A stretch of 64,000 bases of DNA from positions 3,362-67,361 of the forward strand of contig JALHRW010000002.1 in the NCBI GenBank assembly GCA_022841245.1, read 5' to 3'. The notes under the pieces were generated by a model, which made no database searches, was not told the DNA's origin, and saw only the letters and a program-made list of their open reading frames with translations. Below, piece after piece: positions 9,000-17,677 of this stretch (position 1 is its first letter; each line of letters opens with the position of its first letter). The DNA is from Planctomycetota bacterium. Its GTDB lineage: Bacteria; Planctomycetota; UBA11346. Both the position numbers and the translations under genes were made by a program.

Positions 9000-11899
9000 T
9001 GATCCACCGCCGAACGCAGGCCCTGGTAGCGATTGCGCAGCCAGCGCTGGAAGAGGACGTGGCTGTCGGACATGCCGGTACCGGCGGCACGAACGGCAGG
9101 CGTGCTGTAGACGAAGTTCCGGTCCACCACATCGCCATCGGGATCGACGACGTACACCGTCTCGAGGTTGTCTTGCGCAATGGCGACGCCACGCACCTCG
9201 TCGAACACTTCGCCACGCACGAAGATGCGGTAGAACCGGCTCTTCTGGAAATCGATGTAGCCGGTCAGGGAGAAGCGCTTCATCGCAGCACCGGCCACGC
9301 TGGCGGCTGGCACGTTGCCCCCCGAATAGCAGCTGCAGCGCACGATGCCGTCATCATCGAGATCCAGCGGCCGGAAGTCGGGGTAGGATGGACTGGCGCC
9401 GAAGAAGCTCATGCGCATGTCGTTGACCACCAGCTCCATCAAACCGGCCTCATCGGTCTGACCACCCAGACGGATCGTCTTGATCGTCGCGCTCTGTACC
9501 GTGGCCAACGGCGTCATATCCACCAACTCTATCGCCGGCGGCTTCTCACTCGTTCCCTTCAAGACGCGAATACCATCCACCGGAACCGTCGGGCGGCTAC
9601 CCGTTGCATATTCAAGCGGACTTTCTCCGAGATTCCGAAGGAATTGCGCGTCTACTTCACGCACCGTATCGAAGGTCGACGGCACATCCGGTACACCATC
9701 GCCATCGACGTCACGGTCACGGGCGAAGCCGTCAACGGAGAAGTTCGGTGCGTCGGCAACCGGGAAGTATCCTGCAGGTATGTACCTCGCCGTCGATGAC
9801 GAAGGCCAACGCGGCACACCCGAACCAGGGGTCAACGATGTAGCACCAACCAACTTGTCGCACCAGGCCCAGTGGGCCAACGCGAGAGCATTCATCATCG
9901 AGGCATGCAGATCCTGCCAATAGGTAACGAAGTACGAAGTCTGATTCACCAGTTCGATGTACGCGCCATCGGTTATCGCCGCGTTCTGCACTTGCTTCAG
10001 CACCGTTTCCGAGAGCGCATTCTTGAGCGGGATGGTATACGTCGCATCCGATCCAACTTGGCTGATGCCTGCATCATCAAGATACCTCGTCGAATCCCAG
10101 AAAGCGTTCCCATTGCGATCCAACCACGAATGGGGCTCCCATCCCCCGGGGCCTGATCCAGGGTGGTTGCACGGCGAGCCACCTGGCCTTTCCGCTGGAT
10201 TCTGGATATCGTCACCATTCGGATCGCAAATCGGACAGGTCTTGTCCCACATCGTGATGACGGTGTCGGGTTCATTGTGGGACAGCACTCGCATGCCCAG
10301 ATCCGAAGCCCATCCTGGCATACTCGCCAGATCGCTGCCCGGATACGGAGCTCCGGGATGGATCCCGCCACGATCCGCGAAGTAGGCCTCCCCAGCCATG
10401 GCGGAGAAGAGCCGCACATGGTGGGCCTCCAGCATCCACGGATTGCCGACAGGCGCGTCCTCATCTGGGCAACCGGCATCATCCCAGGTCGAACCGGTCC
10501 AGTTGGATTTCTTCTTCTTCAGATAGGCACGAGCAAGGAATTCGGCTGGCATGTAAGCGGTGACCATCTGGGCGAGCGCGCGTGGCGCCGCCGTGGGCAG
10601 GTTGATCCGCCAGGGGCAGTCGACATAGCCCTGGTTCCACGCCATCGGAGTTGCCGCCGGCTCCGGGATCCTGCCGAATGGCGTGAACAGCAGTTGCAGC
10701 CAGCAGATGTTCCCATCCGTCGTCATCTGCTGCAGATGCATACGATGGAAGCTGGGCATCGGGCCCAGGGCGAAATAGTCGAATACGCCACTGTCCGATC
10801 TGCGCGCGTTGGGGCGTCTGTCCGCTTCGCCAGGATCGGTCGCATTGATGTAGTCCTGCCAACGCTGCAGATCGCCGGCGGGGCCAACCCCTCCGAGCAG
10901 ACGTCGGGATCGCCCGCCCGACAAGCCGGTGCCCGAATCCGACCCGGGAGGCGACACCATCGGCGTTCCAAGACCGCTGAAGGCGAGATCGAGCAATTCG
11001 CCATAATTTCCCACGCTCGACGGATGGGTGTGCCGTGCGAGATTGTTGATCGCACCGGCATAGCGTCGGGAGAGCACCGGATCAACTTCGGCAGCACGCG
11101 TCTGGTCGGCATCCGCCGGCACCGTCGGGGGGGTGGCGGCAGCGGAGCGGGCCGCAGGATCGTAGGATCCAGGAGCCGCGGCCAGCAGATGACCGCCGAG
11201 GTCCTCGACAGCCACCGCATAGCGCAAGCGGTAGCGACGTTGCGCCGGATCCTCGGTGGCGACGAAGGACGCATCGTACCACAATGGCGCATTGATGTCC
11301 GGCGACCAGTTCTCTCCAGCGCGTCGCGCCGGATCGAGACTGGCGGGCTGCGACGGACAGGGATGCGGCAGATGGAAGGACAGCGGCTGTGCCAACGGAT
11401 CCGTTGTCAGCACCCCCGGCTCGTACCAGCGAGCATTCCCGCTGTGGAGGAGGTAGCCATATCTGATGGCATTGTCGCGTTCACGGTAGCCGCTGCCCCT
11501 CGGGTGGCGGTCCATGTACAGATCGAGCAGCCGGCTCTCCCACTGGACATCGTTCCCGTTGACATCCTCTGGCGATCCCGCTTCGCCCAACGGCGCCTTC
11601 TGACTCGACGGCGGGCTGGTGTACCGAACCTTCATCGCATCAATCGGCCAGAAGTGGGTCCGCCAGGCATCGGTCAGCTGCGTCGGGATCGCCTTGCGGT
11701 TGTCGAATTGCCTGCGGATCACGCCGATGGCGTGATCGACCCCCTCCTGGGCGGCGAGTTGGGCGAGCGCCGGGGCCTGCAGGGTGCGTTGTCCTGCATA
11801 CGCCGCCCGCGCCGAGACCAGCATGGCGAAGGCCAAGGCGATGATGATGCCGAGCAGTCCGAGGATGGTGAGGAAGACGAGTCCGGATGCGGTCTTCAT
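8996..11899 (-). CDS. giant (967 aa) pseudopilus-associated protein, GspK-like N-terminus
   Basis: ORF 8996..11899. The N-terminal anchor MKTASGLVFLTILGLLGIIIALAFAMLV resembles a prepilin helix but lacks Glu5, as in GspK-type minor pseudopilins. The large extracellular part has Asp-rich Ca-binding-like segments (DRDVDGDGVPDVP). It is translationally coupled on both sides. Confidence 0.6.
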   Translation of the reverse strand: MKTASGLVFLTILGLLGIIIALAFAMLVSARAAYAGQRTLQAPALAQLAAQEGVDHAIGVIRRQFDNRKAIPTQLTDAWRTHFWPIDAMKVRYTSPPSSQKAPLGEAGSPEDVNGNDVQWESRLLDLYMDRHPRGSGYRERDNAIRYGYLLHSGNARWYEPGVLTTDPLAQPLSFHLPHPCPSQPASLDPARRAGENWSPDINAPLWYDASFVATEDPAQRRYRLRYAVAVEDLGGHLLAAAPGSYDPAARSAAATPPTVPADADQTRAAEVDPVLSRRYAGAINNLARHTHPSSVGNYGELLDLAFSGLGTPMVSPPGSDSGTGLSGGRSRRLLGGVGPAGDLQRWQDYINATDPGEADRRPNARRSDSGVFDYFALGPMPSFHRMHLQQMTTDGNICWLQLLFTPFGRIPEPAATPMAWNQGYVDCPWRINLPTAAPRALAQMVTAYMPAEFLARAYLKKKKSNWTGSTWDDAGCPDEDAPVGNPWMLEAHHVRLFSAMAGEAYFADRGGIHPGAPYPGSDLASMPGWASDLGMRVLSHNEPDTVITMWDKTCPICDPNGDDIQNPAERPGGSPCNHPGSGPGGWEPHSWLDRNGNAFWDSTRYLDDAGISQVGSDATYTIPLKNALSETVLKQVQNAAITDGAYIELVNQTSYFVTYWQDLHASMMNALALAHWAWCDKLVGATSLTPGSGVPRWPSSSTARYIPAGYFPVADAPNFSVDGFARDRDVDGDGVPDVPSTFDTVREVDAQFLRNLGESPLEYATGSRPTVPVDGIRVLKGTSEKPPAIELVDMTPLATVQSATIKTIRLGGQTDEAGLMELVVNDMRMSFFGASPSYPDFRPLDLDDDGIVRCSCYSGGNVPAASVAGAAMKRFSLTGYIDFQKSRFYRIFVRGEVFDEVRGVAIAQDNLETVYVVDPDGDVVDRNFVYSTPAVRAAGTGMSDSHVLFQRWLRNRYQGLRSAVDQ

Positions 11900-12894
11900 G
11901 GGCCAAACTCCGGCAGCATGGGGGCGGTACGGATGGTGAAGGTGCAGGTGCGGGACGGCTCATGCGCCAGGTCGGCCGGTTCGAGCTGGTTGGCGGTCAC
12001 CAACCCGAACGAGATGCGCATGAGGAGCGGGCGCTGCGCCGATGCCAACCTGGCGCTGCCGACGGCGGCGAGCGGGCGAGCGTCGAGCCAAGCCCCATCC
12101 AGGACGTGATTGAACCCGTCGGCCCAGGGCTGGCCGATCGGCACCTGCGCGGCGCCGAGACGGTTGCGGATGGTGACTCCGGAATCGGGGCCGGCGCGGA
12201 CTGCATAGCCATCGCCATCGACCCACTCGATGACCAGTCGGCGGACCTGGTTGAACGGCAAGTGCATGAGCCGCAGGTTGCGGTCCAGATCGGCGCCGTT
12301 GCCCGGCAACTGCAAGGCGGCATAGACGCCTGCCGTCATACCTGGCAGGTGCCGCAGGTCATTGTCGTCCATGTCCCGGCGACGGTCGCGCCGCGCCTGC
12401 GGACCGGTACGGACCGACCCGGAGCTGGTCGAGGCCGCCGGTGAAGCGATGGACTGAGACAAGCGAATGGGGCTGGACACGGCGTACTCCAACCGGCCGC
12501 CGTCCTTGCCGCTGCCACGACCAGTCCAGCGCAGGCGGTTCCAGACCAGATCGGATACGTGGCCCGGCTGGACGTCCATGGTCGGCTCGTCCACATCACC
12601 CTGGGCCGACATCCAGGTCAGCTCGACCACCTCATTGCCATCGTCCCACACCGCCGGGCTCTCGCCCGGATCGACGCGCAACCGGACCTGGGCCGGGTGG
12701 TACATCGCCGACAGCGACCGGGCGAGCCGCTGGTGGATGGACGCCGCCAGATCGCAAGCCTGCAGCATGGCGATATTGCGATTGAACGCCCGGCTGACGT
12801 GCAAGAGGGCGTTGGTGCCCAGAGCGATCAGCGCCAGGCCGATGGCGATGCTGATCAGCAGTTCGATGAGCGTGAAGCCGTTGCGACGCGGCAT
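11896..12894 (-). CDS. prepilin-type N-terminal cleavage/methylation domain protein (minor pseudopilin, GspJ-like position)
   Basis: Within ORF 11896..12993. I chose the ATG at 12894 because it gives MPRRNGFTLIELLISIAIGLALIALG, the canonical G/FTLIE prepilin motif. This ATG shares one base with the upstream TGA (TGATG). Confidence 0.8.
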   Translation of the reverse strand: MPRRNGFTLIELLISIAIGLALIALGTNALLHVSRAFNRNIAMLQACDLAASIHQRLARSLSAMYHPAQVRLRVDPGESPAVWDDGNEVVELTWMSAQGDVDEPTMDVQPGHVSDLVWNRLRWTGRGSGKDGGRLEYAVSSPIRLSQSIASPAASTSSGSVRTGPQARRDRRRDMDDNDLRHLPGMTAGVYAALQLPGNGADLDRNLRLMHLPFNQVRRLVIEWVDGDGYAVRAGPDSGVTIRNRLGAAQVPIGQPWADGFNHVLDGAWLDARPLAAVGSARLASAQRPLLMRISFGLVTANQLEPADLAHEPSRTCTFTIRTAPMLPEFGP

Positions 12895-13340
12895 CAGGGC
12901 CCCCGCGGAATGCAACGCAGGACCCGTCGACGGATCGAGGTGAGGTGCTCGTCCTCCTGACCGGCGTACACATGCACCGTCACCATCGACCAACGGCTGG
13001 CATCATCGATGAGGTCGGCGGCACTCGAGGATTCCTGACGCACGACGTAATAGCCGTCGAGCCAGCCGTAGACGGAGAAGTCGTAGGTCGCTGCCGCCGT
13101 GACCGCTAGCGTGCCAGAACCGTACCAACCATCCTTGTCGGCATCACCGGCATCCGCCGTACGCCCTCCCGGCAGCGGATCGTAGAGGACGGTCTCGGCC
13201 GCCGCGACCGCCGTCATGCGCAACTGCGCCGTCACGCCCAGGCGGGTGGCGTAGCGCATCATGCCGATGACGGCCGCCACACCCATGACCGCCAGCAGCA
13301 GGCTGGCGAGGATTTCCAGCAGGGTGAAGGCGCGCCTCAT
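12894..13340 (-). CDS. small prepilin-type protein (minor pseudopilin, GspI-like size)
   Basis: Within ORF 12894..13526. The internal ATG at 13340 gives MRRAFTLLEILASLLLAVMGVAAVIGMM. ATGA overlap with the upstream gene (13337-13340). Confidence 0.8.
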   Translation of the reverse strand: MRRAFTLLEILASLLLAVMGVAAVIGMMRYATRLGVTAQLRMTAVAAAETVLYDPLPGGRTADAGDADKDGWYGSGTLAVTAAATYDFSVYGWLDGYYVVRQESSSAADLIDDASRWSMVTVHVYAGQEDEHLTSIRRRVLRCIPRGP

Positions 13341-14845
13341 TCGTCGAACCACCAGATGCGGTCCGCAAGCATGCGCTCGGTGACGATATAGTTGATCGGT
13401 TTCCCGGTACGCTGCAGGGCATAGCCGGTCGTTGCCTTGTCTTGATGCAGCCAGCCGAGTCGGCAGCGGCGGAACACCGGATTGCCCGCCGACGTCTGCA
13501 GCCAATCGCTGGGATTGGCCGGCCACACCGCATGCCCGTCCAGGTAGGCGTCCTGGCGGCGCTGCACCCGCATCACCTGCACCGCACCCGATGACCCGAC
13601 GTAGACGCGATAGGCTGGCGTGATCGCATCGAGCACCGCCCGGGCATCAGGGAAATCATTGCCGTCGACCACGGCGTCTGGTCCCAAGGTGATGTGGTAC
13701 CCGGCATTGTGGCCCTCGAAATGCACCACCTCGGCATTGCAGTCCTCCTGGAGGTAGTCCCAGCGGCTGATGGTGTACTGTTTGCCCTGTCCGCCCTGGT
13801 CGACGAGGCTCTGATCGCTGCAGTTCTTGGCCCGGTCATTGCACCCATTCTTGCGGAACTGCGGCCAGTTCTCGTCTCCTGGCGTCGGTGCCGTGGACTG
13901 CACCGGCTCATAGGTCCGACGCCCCTGGTTCCACTCGAGGAAGGTCGCCTGGCCAAGCGGATTGAACACGATGCAGGCATCCATCCAGTCGGCGTTGACC
14001 AGCGGGCGCGGCTCGCCGATCCGCCAGAGCGCAAAGCCGACTTCCCGTTCGCGCAGGTCGTCGACATCGCCGTCCCCGTTCATGTCGACATCCTGGAACA
14101 CGCCATCGAGCAGCTCCGCGCGGCGGAAGCTGTTGTTGAACACGCGGCTGTCTGGATTGCGCGAATCGCCGATCGGGCCGCCGCTACCTTCGTAGTAGAA
14201 ACCGGAATATTTGACCGCCTGCTGGTAGCCGCCCCATGGCCACCACTTCTTCGCCGCCGGATCGAACCAGCCGAACCAGGGACGCGGATAGGTCCGTTCG
14301 CCGCCATCCCCGTAATAGATGTCGATCGGGCCAGGAGAATTGTTGAAGCGCGGGGCCTGGGTGCGGCGCGGCCCCTCATCGATGTCGGCCAGGGCGAGGA
14401 AGCGCACCTGCCGCGCAGGCAGGCGCACCGGCTCGCTCACCCAGCTGTCTGCGATATTGGCGATGTAGTCGGGGAAGTTCGGCTGGAAATGGCGATTGGC
14501 GTCGTCGCGCAGATTCCACACCGGCGCGATCAGGGCGCGCGAATTCAGGTTGCCGCCCAGCTGGTGCGGTCCGATGACCCGGTACCAATGGCCACCCGAC
14601 CAGTTGTTGAGCACCAGCCCCGAGGTACCGGGCTGGTTCTGGATGTTGAAGACGACGCCGAAGGCGGCCTGTTCGCTCATCGCCCGGCTGCGCGTCTGGC
14701 GCAGCACCGCGGCGAGGCCCTCGGCAGCGCCGCGTACCTGGGCGTCCTTCTCATCGCGCTTCATCGAGCGCATGCCGATACCCATCAGCAGCAGCACGAT
14801 GCTCAGCACGACCAGCAGTTCGACCAGACTGAAGGCCCGCCTCAC
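13337..14845 (-). CDS. large (502 aa) prepilin-type N-terminal domain protein
   Basis: ORF 13337..14845. The GTG start overlaps the upstream stop (GTGA). N-terminus: MRRAFSLVELLVVLSIVLLLMGIGM. The globular part is unusually long and contains DVDMNGDGDVDD. Confidence 0.8.
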   Translation of the reverse strand: MRRAFSLVELLVVLSIVLLLMGIGMRSMKRDEKDAQVRGAAEGLAAVLRQTRSRAMSEQAAFGVVFNIQNQPGTSGLVLNNWSGGHWYRVIGPHQLGGNLNSRALIAPVWNLRDDANRHFQPNFPDYIANIADSWVSEPVRLPARQVRFLALADIDEGPRRTQAPRFNNSPGPIDIYYGDGGERTYPRPWFGWFDPAAKKWWPWGGYQQAVKYSGFYYEGSGGPIGDSRNPDSRVFNNSFRRAELLDGVFQDVDMNGDGDVDDLREREVGFALWRIGEPRPLVNADWMDACIVFNPLGQATFLEWNQGRRTYEPVQSTAPTPGDENWPQFRKNGCNDRAKNCSDQSLVDQGGQGKQYTISRWDYLQEDCNAEVVHFEGHNAGYHITLGPDAVVDGNDFPDARAVLDAITPAYRVYVGSSGAVQVMRVQRRQDAYLDGHAVWPANPSDWLQTSAGNPVFRRCRLGWLHQDKATTGYALQRTGKPINYIVTERMLADRIWWFDE

Positions 14846-15720
14846 GGCAGCTCTCCGCGGATCGTCCTGAGAGCGACGTTGTCGCGATTCGCCACTTCAT
14901 CACGCTGCGCGGCGATCAGCCCGTCGGGGCCCATGCTGACCAGCTCGAAGGTGCGGCACAGGCGCGGCGGAGCCGTGGTGCGCATGTCCGATGCCGCCGT
15001 GCTGGCAGGCAGCCGGCCACTGCCCGTCATGCCATACCAGTCCAGCCGCACGAAGAAGCTGCAGTCGGCTGGCACACGCGAGCGCATGCCGGGGAGCACA
15101 GGGCTGATGTAGACCAGTGGCCGCCGCCAGGCATCGACCACCGCATCGCCCTGCCTGACGTCGACGGCCAAGCCATCGAGGTAGGCATCGGCATAGCCGC
15201 GCGATTTCGGATTCGGCACCACCGCCGTGGTCGGCTTGTTGCGCAGACCGGTGACCGCGGTGTTTCCGGAGAGGATGGCCAGCGTCGCGCGTTCCGCCCC
15301 CATGCGGTTCACCATCGCCACATGCGGCGGCTTGAGGTCGCCGGCCGCGGTTTCCGGATTCAGATCGGCCTGGCCGAACACATGCGAACCACCGAGCTGG
15401 TACGCAGCCTTGGCGGTGGCGAGGTCGTCGTCCAGATCCTGGCGTTCGGCAGTGGTCAGCGCGTGTCCCAGGACCCAGGCCAGGCGATTGTCGGCGGCGG
15501 GGAATGCCGAGGCGGTCGGATGGTCCTGGAACGGCAGCACGTTCATGTCGGCCTGGAACAGGCCGATCGCGGTCTCCACCTTCGCCAGCACGGCCCGAGT
15601 GTTGGTCAGCGCTGCCGTGCGCCGCGCCAGCACGGTGATCGGCGCCGCCAGTCCGATCAGCACGGTGATGATGGCCATCACCATGATCAGCTCGATCAGG
15701 GTGAATCCGCGGCGCCTCAT
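14842..15720 (-). CDS. prepilin-type N-terminal domain protein (292 aa)
   Basis: Within ORF 14842..16011. The internal ATG at 15720 gives MRRRGFTLIELIMVMAIITVLIGLAAP. ATGA overlap with the upstream gene (15717-15720). Confidence 0.8.
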   Translation of the reverse strand: MRRRGFTLIELIMVMAIITVLIGLAAPITVLARRTAALTNTRAVLAKVETAIGLFQADMNVLPFQDHPTASAFPAADNRLAWVLGHALTTAERQDLDDDLATAKAAYQLGGSHVFGQADLNPETAAGDLKPPHVAMVNRMGAERATLAILSGNTAVTGLRNKPTTAVVPNPKSRGYADAYLDGLAVDVRQGDAVVDAWRRPLVYISPVLPGMRSRVPADCSFFVRLDWYGMTGSGRLPASTAASDMRTTAPPRLCRTFELVSMGPDGLIAAQRDEVANRDNVALRTIRGELP

Positions 15721-16274
15721 CGTCCGCCCTCGCACAGGATCCAGCGTTCCGCGTCCTCGGACTTGCCGCCGTTCCCAAGCGACCAGAGATAGGCGAACGG
15801 CAGCGCACCTTCGATGCGCTTGAGTGGATCGGTCGGATCCGGCCGCACCCCCCAGCCTCGCTCGCGACCGGCCGCGGCGTCCCAGTTCCAAGCCGACAGT
15901 TCCGTCGATCCAGTCGCCGGCACGGGCCTGGCCAGGGCGTAGCGATAGAAGGCGCCCCAGGGGTCGAGCAGGCGACCATCGACATCGACCTTCCGTTGGC
16001 TGCGCTGCCACATGCGCTTGTCCTCCAGATGCTCCTGGAGCGCTGTGCCGATCGACAGGTCGACCGCCACGGCCGGGAAGCGGCGGCGGGCATCCTCGTT
16101 GCGGTACAGGTCGAAGGCGGTCTGCAATTCCCGCAGCGTCTGCTTCGTCTCGGTAACCCTTGCGCGGGTGCGCACCAGACCGACGGCAGGGATGAGGATG
16201 CCAGCGAGCAACGTGATGATGCCGACCACGACGAGCACTTCGATCAGAGTGAATCCGCCGCGCGCCGTCGCCAT
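15717..16274 (-). CDS. gspG: type II secretion major pseudopilin GspG-like
   Basis: Within ORF 15717..16928. The ATG at 16274 gives MATARGGFTLIEVLVVVGIITLLAGILIPAV plus the GspG-like LLDPWGAFYRY motif. An alternative in-frame ATG at 16340, inside the GGTGCACC element, would add a 22-aa leader. Confidence 0.8.
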   Translation of the reverse strand: MATARGGFTLIEVLVVVGIITLLAGILIPAVGLVRTRARVTETKQTLRELQTAFDLYRNEDARRRFPAVAVDLSIGTALQEHLEDKRMWQRSQRKVDVDGRLLDPWGAFYRYALARPVPATGSTELSAWNWDAAAGRERGWGVRPDPTDPLKRIEGALPFAYLWSLGNGGKSEDAERWILCEGGR

Positions 16275-16329
16275 GCGTCCACTATAGGCGGACCAACCGG
16301 GTTGCCCAGTCCATCGCGCCGTGGCGTAT

Positions 16330-16375
16330 GGCGATCCCATGGTGCACCATATATCGCGCGGCACTGGCCTCACAA
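16330..16375 (-). promoter_or_regulatory. candidate promoter plus GGTGCACC element of the pseudopilin operon
   Basis: The minus strand reads TTGTGA (16375-16370), a 16-nt spacer, then TATATG (16353-16348) running directly into GGTGCACCATGGGATCGCC (16348-16330). Confidence 0.5.
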
Positions 16376-16530
16376 CGCCTATTGCGTCATTCCTCAACCC
16401 GATTCCGGCCATCGCTTTATCGATATTTTGCTTGAAAGAGCAACTGTTTTCCGCCATCCTGATGAAGCTACCCATTACCCCTAAGCAACTTGCAGATATC
16501 AGTCGCATAGCTGCCTCCAACCATATAGTG

Positions 16531-16550
16531 TGGTGCACCATGGGTTCACT
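16531..16550 (+). promoter_or_regulatory. GGTGCACC element overlapping the oxidoreductase start codon
   Basis: TATAGT (16523-16528), then GTG, then GGTGCACCATGGGTTCACT (16532-16550). The embedded ATG (16540) is the only plausible start of the downstream CDS. Confidence 0.5.
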
Positions 16551-17622
16551 TACACACAATCTGGAAAGCCTCCCTCTCGCCACTGGTGCACCACAGCGCC
16601 GGACACGTCGGCCGGCCCGACTGGCCTTCGTCGGATTGGGCAAATTCGCGCAGGAACTCGCCACTGCCTGCACCAAGCAGCCACGGCGGATCACCATAGC
16701 CTCGTGCTTCACCCGCACCGCCGCCACCCGCGACGCGTTCGCCCGGACCTTCGCCTGCGGCCAGCACGACTCGTTCGAGGCCCTGTGCGCCGATCCCGAT
16801 ATCGATGGTGTGGTCCTGGCGACACCCAACGACACGCACGGCGACCAGACCGTCGCCCTGGCGCGCGCCGGCAAGCACGTCTTCGTCGAGAAGCCGCTGT
16901 GCAACACCCTCGACGAGGCCGATCGCATGATCGCCGCCTGCGCCGAAGCCGGCGTGATCCTGGCGGTGGGTCACCAGGAGCGTCGGCACAGCGTCTACCG
17001 ACGGATGAAGAACATGCTGACCAGCGGCGCGCTCGGCCGCGTCCTCGCCTTCGAGGCCAACCACTGCGGCAACCTGGTCGGAATCTGGCCGAAGGACGAT
17101 TGGCGCTTCGACACGGCGCGCGGGGTCGGCCCGCTGCTGCACAAAGGCATCCACAAGATCGACATCCTCAACTACCTCTTCGGTCGCGCCGAGACGGTGG
17201 CGACGCTGACCATCCCGCTGGCGATCAATCCGGCCATGCCGGGCACCACCGTCTCGGTGCTCGGCTTCCGCGGCGGCATCATCGGCAGCCTGACCTCGGG
17301 CTTCGAGCACAACAACTCCTCCTTCACCATCAGCGGCAGCGTACGCTCGATCGCCTACTCCGGCCACGGTCCGAGCATCCGGGTGAAGGACGAGCGCACC
17401 TGGACCTTCCAGGAGATCGATTGCGGGGCCGACGATCCGCTCGGCGAGGAGCTCGGCGAGTTCGCCGAGGCGGTGCGCGGCGCCGGCCCGGTCGAGGTCG
17501 ACGGTCAGGCCGCCCGCGAGGCCATCGCCGTCGCGGTGGCGGCGCAGAGCGCAGCCGAACGTGGAGCCGTGGTCCAGCTCGACGAGTTCCGCCACGCCGC
17601 GATCGCGGCCGAATCCGCTTGA
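16540..17622 (+). CDS. Gfo/Idh/MocA-family NAD(P)-dependent oxidoreductase
   Basis: Within ORF 16321..17622. Rossmann start LAFVGLGKFAQ. Family motif HVFVEKPL and AVGHQERR. Start placed at ATG 16540; no ATG lies closer to the Rossmann fold. Confidence 0.8.
   Translation: MGSLTHNLESLPLATGAPQRRTRRPARLAFVGLGKFAQELATACTKQPRRITIASCFTRTAATRDAFARTFACGQHDSFEALCADPDIDGVVLATPNDTHGDQTVALARAGKHVFVEKPLCNTLDEADRMIAACAEAGVILAVGHQERRHSVYRRMKNMLTSGALGRVLAFEANHCGNLVGIWPKDDWRFDTARGVGPLLHKGIHKIDILNYLFGRAETVATLTIPLAINPAMPGTTVSVLGFRGGIIGSLTSGFEHNNSSFTISGSVRSIAYSGHGPSIRVKDERTWTFQEIDCGADDPLGEELGEFAEAVRGAGPVEVDGQAAREAIAVAVAAQSAAERGAVVQLDEFRHAAIAAESA
16584..16593. promoter_or_regulatory. third TGGTGCACCA palindrome, 53 bp downstream of the second and inside the 5' end of the CDS
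   Basis: Exact TGGTGCACCA read at 16584-16593 (codons ACT GGT GCA CCA). It lacks the GCWCC extension. Confidence 0.35.
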
Positions 17623-17677
17623 CCGTGCCTGCGCCTGGATCACCTGCGGTGCGCCAGCCAAGGTACGAGGAGAGCCC

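Noticed and set aside
16330-16350. Reading the GGTGCACC element as a sigma-54 (-24/-12) promoter or as an RNA hairpin
   Set aside because: It does not fit TGGCAC-N5-TTGC spacing. The octamer alone cannot fold because its loop is too small. The GGTGC/GCACC pairing across the 19-mer is disrupted in half of the copies (GCTCC, TAACC, TCACT), so DNA-level recognition is more parsimonious.
15717-16928. Over-extended N-termini in the ORF track, including 15717..16928, 14842..16011, 12894..13526, 11896..12993, 31694..33556, 35008..38049, 36483..38447, 21071..23512 and 19195..20613
   Set aside because: The extensions overlap the upstream gene in another frame and translate to Arg-rich junk. Internal starts give canonical prepilin motifs, signal peptides or Rossmann N-termini. 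They usually coincide with an ATGA overlap or an SD-like sequence.
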